DNA of 64,000 nt from a virus. The notes beneath the pieces are model-generated. The model ran no database searches. It saw nothing but the letters and a program-made list of their open reading frames with translations, and had not been told where the DNA came from. How positions within the stretch are numbered: the first letter of the stretch is position 1; every line of letters starts with the position of its first letter. The position numbers were made by a program, and so were the translations under genes. Positions 17,119-26,600 of the stretch are shown here, piece by piece. The stretch lies in the IMG/VR virus record IMGVR_UViG_3300036795_000250, positions 1 to 64,000 of that record. The stretch is one strand, 5' to 3'.

Positions 17119-19593
17119 GTGGCGCTCGTAACTAACAACTTCGAGGGCGGCACGGCTACTAGCACCATCACTACAGCTGGTAGCGGTGCCGCTAGCGGCA
17201 CCGCCTTCGACGTCGTCACCATCGGAACTGGCGCGGCCGTTACGTGGGACTCTACGCACTCAGCGCATGGCGCACTATCAGCCAAGATGTCCACCGGCAC
17301 CACGGCGTCCGGGGCCGATGTGGAATGGACGACGTCGGTCGGCGCCCAAGGTACCATTTACGGACGCTTCTATCTCTACGTTACCGCTAACCCGACTGCC
17401 AGCCAGCGCGTGATGACGACGGCTACATCTGGCGGCGCGACGCTGTGCAGCGGAATTTACCTGATGACTGACGGCACACTGCTTATGACAGATGCGGCCA
17501 CATCCACGATACTACAGACGACTAACTCGGTTAACCTCAACGGGTGGACGCGTGTAGAGTTTAAGGTGATCGGGAGTGCTACTGTAGGTCACATTGAGTT
17601 GGGTATATACAAGACAATGGACTCCAGTACAGCCACGGAGAGTTTGTCTTCGTCCAGCATCCTGAATACTGGCGGGACCATAGCTCTCTATTCAATAGGT
17701 AGTGGTGCGGATGTCAAAGCCAACCAGGTCGCAGTGTGGTTTGATGACGTCGGCTTCAGCACCACAGGGTATCTTGGTTCTACCTTTGTTGGTGGGAGCA
17801 CTTTTCCAGGAGCCTGGCCAGGGACCTATGCTCCACAATTCGCAGCAGCCCATCTTAACGTGCTGCTCCCGAACTTCTGGACCCACGACAGAACAGGCCC
17901 TTTTGTTGGCATTACCAGCTCAGACGCAGGGTCAAGTGTAGAAGGCACGAGCCAGGCCGTGAGCCTAAGCTCTTCGGATACAGGCTCAGGGTTTGAGTCA
18001 GGTCCCGGCCTGGTCTATCTGGGAGCCACCACCTTCCCTGGTTCTGCGCTGTACCTCGGTAGTGGCATACAGACGACACCAACATACGTAGCCGCCTCCT
18101 ACCCCGACGTTGGTTCGGGCACCGAGATCTCCAGCATTGCCGCGACGACCTCCGCTCCGGACACTGGTTCTGGAGCCGAGACCGGCAGTGTCGGCATCAC
18201 CGTCACCGACACAGGTGCCGGTACTGAGCTGGCCGCTGTCGCAGCTACTGCTACCGCCGCCGATACTGGCGGGAGCTCGGACCTCGGTGCCGTTGAGGTA
18301 CTGAGCGCCGACGCGGGTACGGGTGCCGATGTCGCTGTATTGGCGCTGAGCTCGGCAGATGGTGGCCTCAGCACTGACATGAGCGTTCTTGCCGCTACCA
18401 CCGCTCAATCAGACATCGCAGCTGGGCTCGATGGACAGTCTGTCTCTACGCTCCTGTCGGCAAATGACACGGGCAGCGCCGCCGAAGGGCAGTCCACTAA
18501 CGTCACTGTGACAGCTGACGACCTTGGCTCGGCTGTTGACGTCGCGGGCGTGGCCTCTCTTGAGGTCCGAACGAGCGACGCCGTCCAGAGCAGCGAAGCA
18601 ACAATTGTTTCGATCGTCGATGGGGACGTGGGCCAGTACATCGACCTAGCTGCTGCATCCTTGGCGCCTCCGGGGCCGACCAGCTTCGAGCTCGAATCCC
18701 CGACCGTCGTGCAGGTGTTGCGCCAGGTGACCACGCGAGCCAACGGGAGCATGTCCATCGCGTGGGTGCCGATCTCCCAGCTCGTGGGCGGCGAACTGTA
18801 CGGGCTGACGCCCCGGCGACCCTACGGAGACATCCTCGACGGAGGTCAGCTGGCGGTACGGCTTGATCTGCACTTCGTGCGCCCCGGCACCGTCGCCCAG
18901 CCGCCGCTGGCCGCTGGCTTCATGCCCGATCGAACGGGTGTGATGTTCGCCGACGTTTCAGCCGCCGGGATCCTGAAGGCGGGCGATCGAGTCCAGTGCG
19001 TGTCTGGACCTATCGACGGCATCTTCGAGATCCGAGTCATCCCGGATACACCTGCTGACTACAGCAAAGCTCACCACCTCGAAGTCGAAGTGATTGAGGT
19101 GAGCCAGCATAACGCGGACGGTTCCTATTTCAGTCCGGACATAGACTCTCTCTCGTTTCACAGCTTCATGCGCAACCTCTATGACCTCCGGGTCGCGGTT
19201 CTGCGTCGGGCCACGGTGTCAGAGTCCGGCGGGTCGGCGCGCGAGGTCTGGAACCAGATTGCCGACATCCCGGACGTCATGTGGGACACACCGGGTGAGA
19301 TGTGGTGTCGTCTGTCGCTGCGGCTGGTGCGCCGACACAAGGACGCGCTGCCTCCTCTGGTGGCCGGGCGTGCACCCGATCGATTCGGTGTGCTGTACTG
19401 CGACGTCACGCCCTTCCTGCGAGCAGGTGATCGCGTTGTCTGTCTCGAAGGGCCGATCGCGGGTACCTTTGAGCTACGAGTCGCACCTGACCTGAGTCCC
19501 AACCTGACGACGATTCATCACCTCGAAGTCCAGGTCATCGAAGTAGCCCAGTCGTTGGCCGGTATCTTTCCCCGGCCCGAAGTTGGCGCGTAA
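17119..19593 (+). CDS. Fusion: putative carbohydrate-binding domain, S/T/A repeat stalk and two head-closure-like domains
   Basis: DxGxGxE repeats; duplicated L(K/R)AGDRV.C..GPI.G.FE.RV.PD...HHLEV.VIEV. Confidence 0.7.
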   Translation: MALVTNNFEGGTATSTITTAGSGAASGTAFDVVTIGTGAAVTWDSTHSAHGALSAKMSTGTTASGADVEWTTSVGAQGTIYGRFYLYVTANPTASQRVMTTATSGGATLCSGIYLMTDGTLLMTDAATSTILQTTNSVNLNGWTRVEFKVIGSATVGHIELGIYKTMDSSTATESLSSSSILNTGGTIALYSIGSGADVKANQVAVWFDDVGFSTTGYLGSTFVGGSTFPGAWPGTYAPQFAAAHLNVLLPNFWTHDRTGPFVGITSSDAGSSVEGTSQAVSLSSSDTGSGFESGPGLVYLGATTFPGSALYLGSGIQTTPTYVAASYPDVGSGTEISSIAATTSAPDTGSGAETGSVGITVTDTGAGTELAAVAATATAADTGGSSDLGAVEVLSADAGTGADVAVLALSSADGGLSTDMSVLAATTAQSDIAAGLDGQSVSTLLSANDTGSAAEGQSTNVTVTADDLGSAVDVAGVASLEVRTSDAVQSSEATIVSIVDGDVGQYIDLAAASLAPPGPTSFELESPTVVQVLRQVTTRANGSMSIAWVPISQLVGGELYGLTPRRPYGDILDGGQLAVRLDLHFVRPGTVAQPPLAAGFMPDRTGVMFADVSAAGILKAGDRVQCVSGPIDGIFEIRVIPDTPADYSKAHHLEVEVIEVSQHNADGSYFSPDIDSLSFHSFMRNLYDLRVAVLRRATVSESGGSAREVWNQIADIPDVMWDTPGEMWCRLSLRLVRRHKDALPPLVAGRAPDRFGVLYCDVTPFLRAGDRVVCLEGPIAGTFELRVAPDLSPNLTTIHHLEVQVIEVAQSLAGIFPRPEVGA

Positions 19594-19631
19594 AAACTGA
19601 TGCATGAGCGCGGTCGTGGATAGGGGCATAG

Positions 19632-20042
19632 GTGTCTATTCGTATAGAAGTCGATATGCACGAGGTGCTGGACGAGCTCGACCGACTCAAGGACATGCCT
19701 AACCTCCCGATGATTACCGGATTGGAAGGCGTCCTCGCTACTACCTTCACCCAAACTCAGCTAACGACGCCCGTAGATACTGGCTCATTGCGTGGCTCGG
19801 GCAAGATTTCCAGCGAAGTAACAGACGATCAATGGGATGGCGCCATTACTTACGGCGGTGCATCGCCAGGGTTTCCCCATGATCCGGTCAACTACGCGTG
19901 GTTTGTCCTCGGAGGACACATTATTGTGGCGTGGGGTCGCCGCATCCATGAAGGTAAGCAATACCAAGAAGCAGATAACTACATGCTTCCGTGGGCCTTG
20001 GGCGAAGAGGACTTTACGGAATCAATTCTTAGGGAACTGTGA
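19632..20042 (+). CDS. HK97 gp10-like tail completion protein
   Basis: TPVDTGSLRGSG, NYA motif; synteny. Confidence 0.75.
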   Translation: MSIRIEVDMHEVLDELDRLKDMPNLPMITGLEGVLATTFTQTQLTTPVDTGSLRGSGKISSEVTDDQWDGAITYGGASPGFPHDPVNYAWFVLGGHIIVAWGRRIHEGKQYQEADNYMLPWALGEEDFTESILREL

Positions 20043-20050
20043 GAGGACGC

Positions 20051-20542
20051 ATGATGAGCTCTCCAGTAATGACTGACGACGTAGTGCAGGGCGTGTGTAA
20101 GTGGCTGGCCACATTTGATGACGTCACCTCGCTCCTCGGGTCTGCTTCGGACGGATCTCCTTACATCTTTCAGGACACTCTGCACGCAGTGATGGAAGGC
20201 ACGCAACATGCTGCCATTGTCCTGAGCACCATGGGTGGCTGGGCTGCGCCCAACAACTACAACACGGCTGAGTTCCCCCGACTCCTGCTCGATCTCTGGG
20301 TTGACCCCATCCGAGACTCCAGCAACAACTACATCGAACTCGCCGAGACGCGGCGCCGCGCGCGGCAGATTTACATCGCGCTGAACTGGCACCTCCACCG
20401 GCCGCAGGTCGGCGATCCCGTCTACTGGGGAACCGTGCGCACGATTGGGTGCACCCGGCTGGGAGAGGTCGTCATCGCGTCGGTCCCCGACGGTGACGGG
20501 CTCATCAGGGCTCAGGTCTTTTACGGTGTGATCCTCGGATAG
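20051..20542 (+). CDS. Putative tail terminator
   Basis: GAGG RBS; size and position between gp10-like gene and tail tube. Confidence 0.6.
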   Translation: MMSSPVMTDDVVQGVCKWLATFDDVTSLLGSASDGSPYIFQDTLHAVMEGTQHAAIVLSTMGGWAAPNNYNTAEFPRLLLDLWVDPIRDSSNNYIELAETRRRARQIYIALNWHLHRPQVGDPVYWGTVRTIGCTRLGEVVIASVPDGDGLIRAQVFYGVILG

Positions 20543-20553
20543 GAGGTACGGCG

Positions 20554-20733
20554 TTGCCAGCTCCGCCGATATTCTTTCAGAACCTGACGCTCATGCTGGA
20601 AAGAGCGACCAGCCCAGCTGAGTGCGACGACTTGCTGGACTTGTGGTGGGATGCGCGCACACGAGCCTCCCAATGGGACGCTGATCAGTGGGGCTTAGAG
20701 AGCACTGACTCCGATGAGAACGGGACAACATAG
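20554..20733 (+). CDS. 59-aa acidic hypothetical protein (not in ORF track)
   Basis: AGGAGG 7 nt before TTG; fills the gap before the glycosyltransferase. Confidence 0.55.
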   Translation: MPAPPIFFQNLTLMLERATSPAECDDLLDLWWDARTRASQWDADQWGLESTDSDENGTT

Positions 20734-20737
20734 CTCA

Positions 20738-21793
20738 ATGCGTATTTTGGTGAAGACGTCCCTGAGCCCTTACTCCGGTTACGGCCAGGACGGGCTGGGA
20801 GTGGTACGTGCGCTGACCAACGCTGGCCACGATGTCTACGTCCAGCCAGAGCATGTCGATGCGCCGCTGCCGTTCGAGGTGGCCCGGTTGCTGACCAAGC
20901 GCCTGGTGGCGCCGTTCGATGTGCTAGTCCATCACACTGACCCAGGCCAGCTCGGGCTGACACCGGAGGCCCGCAGTGCGGCCAGAGTCACCGTCGGCTG
21001 GACCATGTGGGAGTCCACCTCGCTGGTTCCGCAACTGAAGAACGTGCGCCTATTGCCCAAGAAGCTCAAGAGCTACGATCTCATCTTGGGGTATGACGCG
21101 GTTAGTACAGAAGCACTGCGCCCCTACGTCCGCACGTCGAAGTTGGCTGTCCTCCAGGGTGGATTCTGGCCGGACGAGTGGAAGGCCGCCGAGCGCAGTT
21201 GGTTTTCCGACCGGTTCGGTTTCGCGATGGTCGGTCAGCTCCACGAGCGCAAAGACCCGTTCGTCGCTATTCAAGCATTCCAAGAGCTCAAGACCGAGTT
21301 AGGCAGAGAGTTCGACGGCGCCGAACTGCATCTGAAGACTAATCTGCCTGGACTCCATTCTGCGATGGAGACCTGTATTCCGAAGCTTCGGGTGCATTAC
21401 GATGTGTGGTCGCAGGACATCCTCTATCAGTTCTACGCCAAACAGCATGTGCTGCTCGCCCCGTCGCGCGGTGAAGGCAAGAACTTGCCGGCCCTGGAGT
21501 TCCAGTCGACCGGAGGCGCCGTCATCGCCACCAACTGGGGAGGCATGACGGGGTGGCTGGACCGATCGTTCGCCTACCCTCTTCGGTACTCGCTGGCTCC
21601 GGTGGACCCTCAGCACCCCGAGTGCCTCCAGGCGAGAGCTGACAAGGATCACCTCAAAGAGTTGATGCTGCATGTCTTCCGCAACAGGGCCGAGGTGCGC
21701 GATAAGGCTGCCTTGGCTGCAAAGGTGATACCGCAGTCGATGAGCTGGGACTCAGTGATCAGTCGGCTTATGGACAACATCAATGCGATGTAG
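20738..21793 (+). CDS. GT4-family (GT-B) glycosyltransferase in tail operon
   Basis: YSGYG, TMWE, ERK, PSRGEGKNLPALE (Ex7E). Confidence 0.88.
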   Translation: MRILVKTSLSPYSGYGQDGLGVVRALTNAGHDVYVQPEHVDAPLPFEVARLLTKRLVAPFDVLVHHTDPGQLGLTPEARSAARVTVGWTMWESTSLVPQLKNVRLLPKKLKSYDLILGYDAVSTEALRPYVRTSKLAVLQGGFWPDEWKAAERSWFSDRFGFAMVGQLHERKDPFVAIQAFQELKTELGREFDGAELHLKTNLPGLHSAMETCIPKLRVHYDVWSQDILYQFYAKQHVLLAPSRGEGKNLPALEFQSTGGAVIATNWGGMTGWLDRSFAYPLRYSLAPVDPQHPECLQARADKDHLKELMLHVFRNRAEVRDKAALAAKVIPQSMSWDSVISRLMDNINAM

Positions 21794-21817
21794 GTAGAGA
21801 GGTCAAAGAGAAGAGGT

Positions 21818-22075
21818 GTGCAAAGGGTGGCTATCGAGGTAGAGATCCGTTGCCCTTCGGACTTGCGCAGGCTCTTCATGAAGCTTCAAATCTCTGGAGA
21901 GAAACCCAAATATGTCGACGGCAACCTCTTGGAGATAGCGTGCTCGGATTGTAAGCGCGAGCTACGCAAGCAGGGTGTTGAGATAGTTCGCGTGCTGCAT
22001 TACTTCAACTTCGTTGGTGAGTTGATTACGACAGAAGTAGTGCGTGGGGAGCCAGCCGATAGTAAAGGCGACTGA
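21818..22075 (+). CDS. Small putative Zn-binding protein
   Basis: EIRCP...EIACSDC...H. Confidence 0.6.
   Translation: MQRVAIEVEIRCPSDLRRLFMKLQISGEKPKYVDGNLLEIACSDCKRELRKQGVEIVRVLHYFNFVGELITTEVVRGEPADSKGD
22055..22063 (+). promoter_or_regulatory. Putative late promoter -10 GCCGATAGT (tail tube)
   Basis: 37 nt before ATG 22101. Confidence 0.7.
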
Positions 22076-22100
22076 TCCTCCGCACGGTTGAAGGTGAACT

Positions 22101-22670
22101 ATGTCGACTGGCATTTTTGAGGGCTTCAGCGTCTCTCATGCCGCGATTCTCGATGGAACGACTGGTGCGGAAGCGGCGTCGGTCTATGGCGTGCACACCG
22201 CATCCATTGCGGCCAACACGGGCAACTTCGACAACACGGGTGACGACACCATCCTGTCGACCTGGTACTGGATCGACTATGCCACGCTGACGGTCGAGGG
22301 CGGTTACGTGCCCTTCAGTACCATCGCGCTGTTGACTACGTCGACCCAGGTGTCGTCTGGTAGCTCGCCCAACGACTACTTCAGCCTGCCTCTGTGGGAG
22401 GCGGCTTCTGCCAACGTCCCGCCTAAGCCGGTGAAGATTACGTTGCCGTCCAAGGATAGTGCGGGCACCGTGCGGAACATGGACTATGTCCTGTTCAAGG
22501 TCCAGTTTAGCCCGATCTCCTTCACCGGTCCGGTGTACAAGTCTGGCCTGCGGCTGAACTACACCGGCCGCGCCATCATGTCGAACGTCGATGAGACCGG
22601 CGCCACCTTGGCTCGTCCCGCCATCGGCAAGATCGTCAACTACCCGGCCAACGCGGCAAGCCCACTGTAA
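22101..22670 (+). CDS. Major tail tube protein
   Basis: 189-aa beta-rich protein directly before chaperone and tape measure genes. Confidence 0.75.
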   Translation: MSTGIFEGFSVSHAAILDGTTGAEAASVYGVHTASIAANTGNFDNTGDDTILSTWYWIDYATLTVEGGYVPFSTIALLTTSTQVSSGSSPNDYFSLPLWEAASANVPPKPVKITLPSKDSAGTVRNMDYVLFKVQFSPISFTGPVYKSGLRLNYTGRAIMSNVDETGATLARPAIGKIVNYPANAASPL

Positions 22671-22724
22671 GCCGGTCGGCGAGTTCTTTCGTAGCGTCAA
22701 TGCCTAGGAGACCTGGAGTCCACA

Positions 22725-23348
22725 ATGGCTGAATCCGAACTCGATGCGCTGGCCCCTGTTGCGGAGACGACCAAACTGTCCACGGGGACCGCTGTCGTCT
22801 ATGAGCCCTTGAAGACCCGGCAGTTTTTCGGCTTGCTTCGGATCGTGACGCGAGGCGCGGGCGCAGCGTTGGGCGACCCCACCTTGTTCTCGCTGAACTC
22901 GGACACGACCGCCCAGGAGTGGGGCCAGAAACTGCTGGCCCTGATTTTGGTCGCGGTACCCAACGCCGAGAACGAAACCGTCGCTTTTATCCAGTCAATG
23001 GTGAAACCAGACGGCCTGGTGGACAAGCCTGCGCGGTCGTTGACCAAGGCTGACACCGCGCACAACGCCGCACTATGGGCCACCCTCAGCGAGGAGCTGT
23101 TCAACCCGGAGCTGGAAGACACGCTGACCATCCTGGAGGACGTCGTCAAGCGCGAGTCGTCAGATCTGGTCGCCCTGGGAAAACGCCTAGCCACGATGAT
23201 GAAAGTGGCTCAAAAAACGGGACAGGTGCCGGAGACCGCGCAGCCGGCCCTCGAATCCCTGATATCCCCGGATCTGACCTCCTCGGAGGATTCAGCCGCG
23301 CCTTCGACATCATCGCCAGCGAGTACGGATGGACCGACGACGTCGTGA
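22725..23348 (+). CDS. Tail assembly chaperone (G)
   Basis: GGAG RBS; synteny; contains slippery site. Confidence 0.8.
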   Translation: MAESELDALAPVAETTKLSTGTAVVYEPLKTRQFFGLLRIVTRGAGAALGDPTLFSLNSDTTAQEWGQKLLALILVAVPNAENETVAFIQSMVKPDGLVDKPARSLTKADTAHNAALWATLSEELFNPELEDTLTILEDVVKRESSDLVALGKRLATMMKVAQKTGQVPETAQPALESLISPDLTSSEDSAAPSTSSPASTDGPTTS

Positions 23349-23617
23349 TGGAACTGACCATCAAGCGACTGCGTCAGTGCGTCGCCGCGATCTCTGAGCG
23401 GAAGTGGCTGGAGAGCCGAGCTCAGTGGCAGAACCTGACTTGGCAGACCAGGATGATCTGCCGATTCGTCGCCGCCACCGTGCCCATTCAGCCGGGAACC
23501 CGATCGTCCTTGTTGGAGGCAGCAGAAGACATCGGCGAGGAGCCGAATCAACCGGAGCAGTCGAAAGAGCCAGAGGTTGGCTCGTATGAACGGTTTATGG
23601 CCTCGTTCGGCAGGTAA
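23177..23617 (+). CDS. Tail assembly chaperone -1 frameshift extension (GT)
   Basis: In-frame G GGA AAA at 23177-23183; -1 frame open to TAA 23617 (IASEYGWTDD...). Confidence 0.8.
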   Translation, partial: GKTPSHDDESGSKNGTGAGDRAAGPRIPDIPGSDLLGGFSRAFDIIASEYGWTDDVVMELTIKRLRQCVAAISERKWLESRAQWQNLTWQTRMICRFVAATVPIQPGTRSSLLEAAEDIGEEPNQPEQSKEPEVGSYERFMASFGR

Positions 23618-23654
23618 GTCGATTTTTACAGTGGTATCAGGAGAGTGAAATCGG

Positions 23655-26600
23655 ATGCCTGACGCTGAGAAGCTCATCGTCTATCGGGCAGTAGCCGACT
23701 TCGCCGACTTGATCGCACAGGCCAAGCTTGCTCAAGAGGAACTGAAGAAGCTAGAGGATCAGCAGAACAAGACGCTTAGTGGTGGCGGGGTCGGTTCGAG
23801 CGCGGCGGCAGCCGCTAGCGCGAAGACTCTCGCTGACAGCGTCCAGCAGGTCAGTGCTCGTACGGCGGAACACGCGGCGGCCGTCCAAAGTGACAAGGTA
23901 GCCCAGGACGCGAATACCGCATCCCGCGCTGCCGCGACGACCGCCGCTGCCACCGAGACGAAAGCCGTCCAAGGCTCCTCTGCCGCCAAAGACGTCGAGA
24001 CCAAGTCCATCACCGGGGCGACCGCAGCTCGTGCGGCGGAGACAGTGTCGCGTAAGAGCGCCGCCGATGCCGCCGCCACCGAGACCAAAGCCGTCCAAGG
24101 CTCCTCTACCGCCAAAGACGTCGAGACCAAGTCCACACAGAGCCAAACGGCAGCGCTGACCGGTAGCACCAAGGCCATCGGAGACAACGTCCAGGCGAAC
24201 GTTGCCAATGTATCCGCTGTGGCAGCGCATGCCGATGCGCTAGACCGTGAGAACGCCCGGCTAGAACGCAATAGGCAGGCTATCGAGAAGTCTGGTATCT
24301 CTGTCAAGCAATACAACCAGACACTCCGGAACCTGTCAGGCAACCTGGCCAAGCTGTCTGAAACGAGCACCTCCGCCGGGGTCATGGGCATCCCCAGTGC
24401 AGGCGGTGGTGCTCCCGGGGCCGGTAGCACTGGCAGTGCAACACTTCCCGTCTCTGAGATGGATAAGTGGCTCGTCGAGCAGAATAGGTTGCGCAACACC
24501 GGGCAACTCCGCGACGGCGGGGTAGGTGGGGTTGCTGTTCCGAGTGACCTCAAGCCGGGGTCCGCGCCGGAGGGGGACCTGACCAAGATCTCCGGGTCCT
24601 TCAGCGGCTCAGATCTCCTCGCCAACGTGACTACGACCAGCAAAGCCAATCAAGACGCATTCGACAAAACCTTCAAGACTATCGAGGGGGACATCGAAAG
24701 CTTCTCGGGCTCGTTCAATGGCGCCGACCTGCTGACCCATGTCACGACGATCAGCAAGGCCAACCAAGAGGCGTTCGATAAGACCTTCAAGACCATCGAA
24801 GGGGACATCGAGGGCTTCTCGGGCTCGTTCAGCAGCACCGATCTCCTCAGCAAGGCCACTACCAACAGCAAAGCAGAGCTGGATTCATTCGAGAAGTTCT
24901 ATAAGGACACACAAGCCAGCGTCAAGAAGTACGCCGACGATCTAGGCAACGACACGCTTGACAGGTTCGTGCCTGATCTCAGTGGAGGCGGCGGTGGAGG
25001 CGGAGGCAGTGGAGGCAGTGGAGGCAGTAGCGGAAGCCGAGGCGGTGGAGGAGGCGGCAGCAACTCCGCGCTGGGCAGTCTTTTGCCAGGGCCGACCGCC
25101 GCAGCTCCCGTCGTCGGTGCCGCTGCCGCAGCCGGAGCTGGTGCGCTTGGTGGCGTAGCGCTGTCCACTATCCCGGCTTTGTTCCTGGCGATCGGGGTGG
25201 CGGCAGAGAAGAGCAACACCCAAGTCTCGTCGGCCTTCGACCAAATGCTGCTCGCGGCTAAGCAGACAACGACTGCCGGCTTTGAGCCTATGATCCCGGC
25301 GCTAGTCAGTGTCGCGAAGCAAGCCACGTCGACACTCGGCGGGCTAGAGCCTGTATTTAACCAAGCCGCTCATGCGATGACGCCGTTGATCGAGGCTGTC
25401 GGTGCCGGGTTCCTGCAAGCCGCAAAGCAGGGCATCGGCGCTGCTGTACCTATCCTGCAAAGCCTCGGTCCACTGGCAACAGCAATCGGTGGCGGGTTTG
25501 TGCAGGTAGAGCAAGCCATCATGGGGTTCTTTAAGAACATCGACGTCGGCGCGGCTGCCGATGGACTCAAGGCTCTGGGAGGTCTGCTTCAAGCGCTAGC
25601 TCCGGATGTTGGCACGCTGATTTCCGCGCTAGCCCCGCTAGGTAGCGTGTTTCTGAATATCACCAGCTTGCTACTCAACGGCCTCGAACCGGCGCTGAAG
25701 ACGATCGCGGCGCTGGTAAACATACCGGGCATCCCCTACCTGGTTGCCGCGTTTGGTGCCCTGGAGGTTGCGTCCAAGCTGCTCTCCGGTTCATGGATCA
25801 ACTTCAGCTCGATCATGAAGACTTTCAAGAGCGATGCGGATAGCTCGACGAGCACCATGTCCACTCTGGGACAGCAGTTCGGCGTCACGGCGGGCGCAGC
25901 AAAAGACGCCGCCGACAAGACACTTCAGCATGCAGCGAGTCTCGCCCAACTCCAAAAGAACGCTGATGCCAGCGCAGTGTCGGTGGCTAACCTGGCAGTG
26001 GATACGGCAAGGAACGCCGACGCTAGCCAAGGCTCCGCCAAGTATGTGTCAGATCTGGACAACGCGCTATTGTCCCAACGGCAAGCCACGGACAAGGCAA
26101 CCCAGTCGGCTAAGGACTATGAAAGCGCGGCCAAGGCCGCAAGCGAAGGCTCGAACACCTTCAGCAGCGCACTGAAGGGTATCGCTGGTGGCTTGGCTAT
26201 TGGCGTGGCGCTTACTGCTGTGGACATCGTTGTACAGCACTTTGCAGACAATGCCGCGCGAGCCGCTCAGTACACAGCGGACATCCAGACGGCGGCTAGC
26301 GCCACCGCATCCGTACTAGGGACGTATGGAAGTGCCGTCGATGCTCAGTCGATCGCGGCCGAAAAGGCAGCAATCGCTGGGCAGGACTGGGTCAAGGTCC
26401 TGACTGATGAAGGTTTGTCGCTGGATACCGTCGCCAAGGCGTCACTGAACAGCCTGCCAGACTTGCTGGAAGTGATAAAAACTAGTGAGGAAGCAGCCGC
26501 TGCTGCCGAAAAGAAGCTGGACTTCCAGGGCGCTACCGCAGATTTCGCCTCTATCCTCACGATCGAGAAGCAATATACACAAGCGCAAAAAGATGCGGCC

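Noticed and set aside
23211-23218. CAAAAAAC as the chaperone slippery site
   Set aside because: Does not fit X XXY YYZ in the chaperone reading frame; G GGA AAA at 23177 does
24983-25062. GGC/GGA-rich repeat as a separate element
   Set aside because: Encodes the Gly/Ser linker of the tape measure protein
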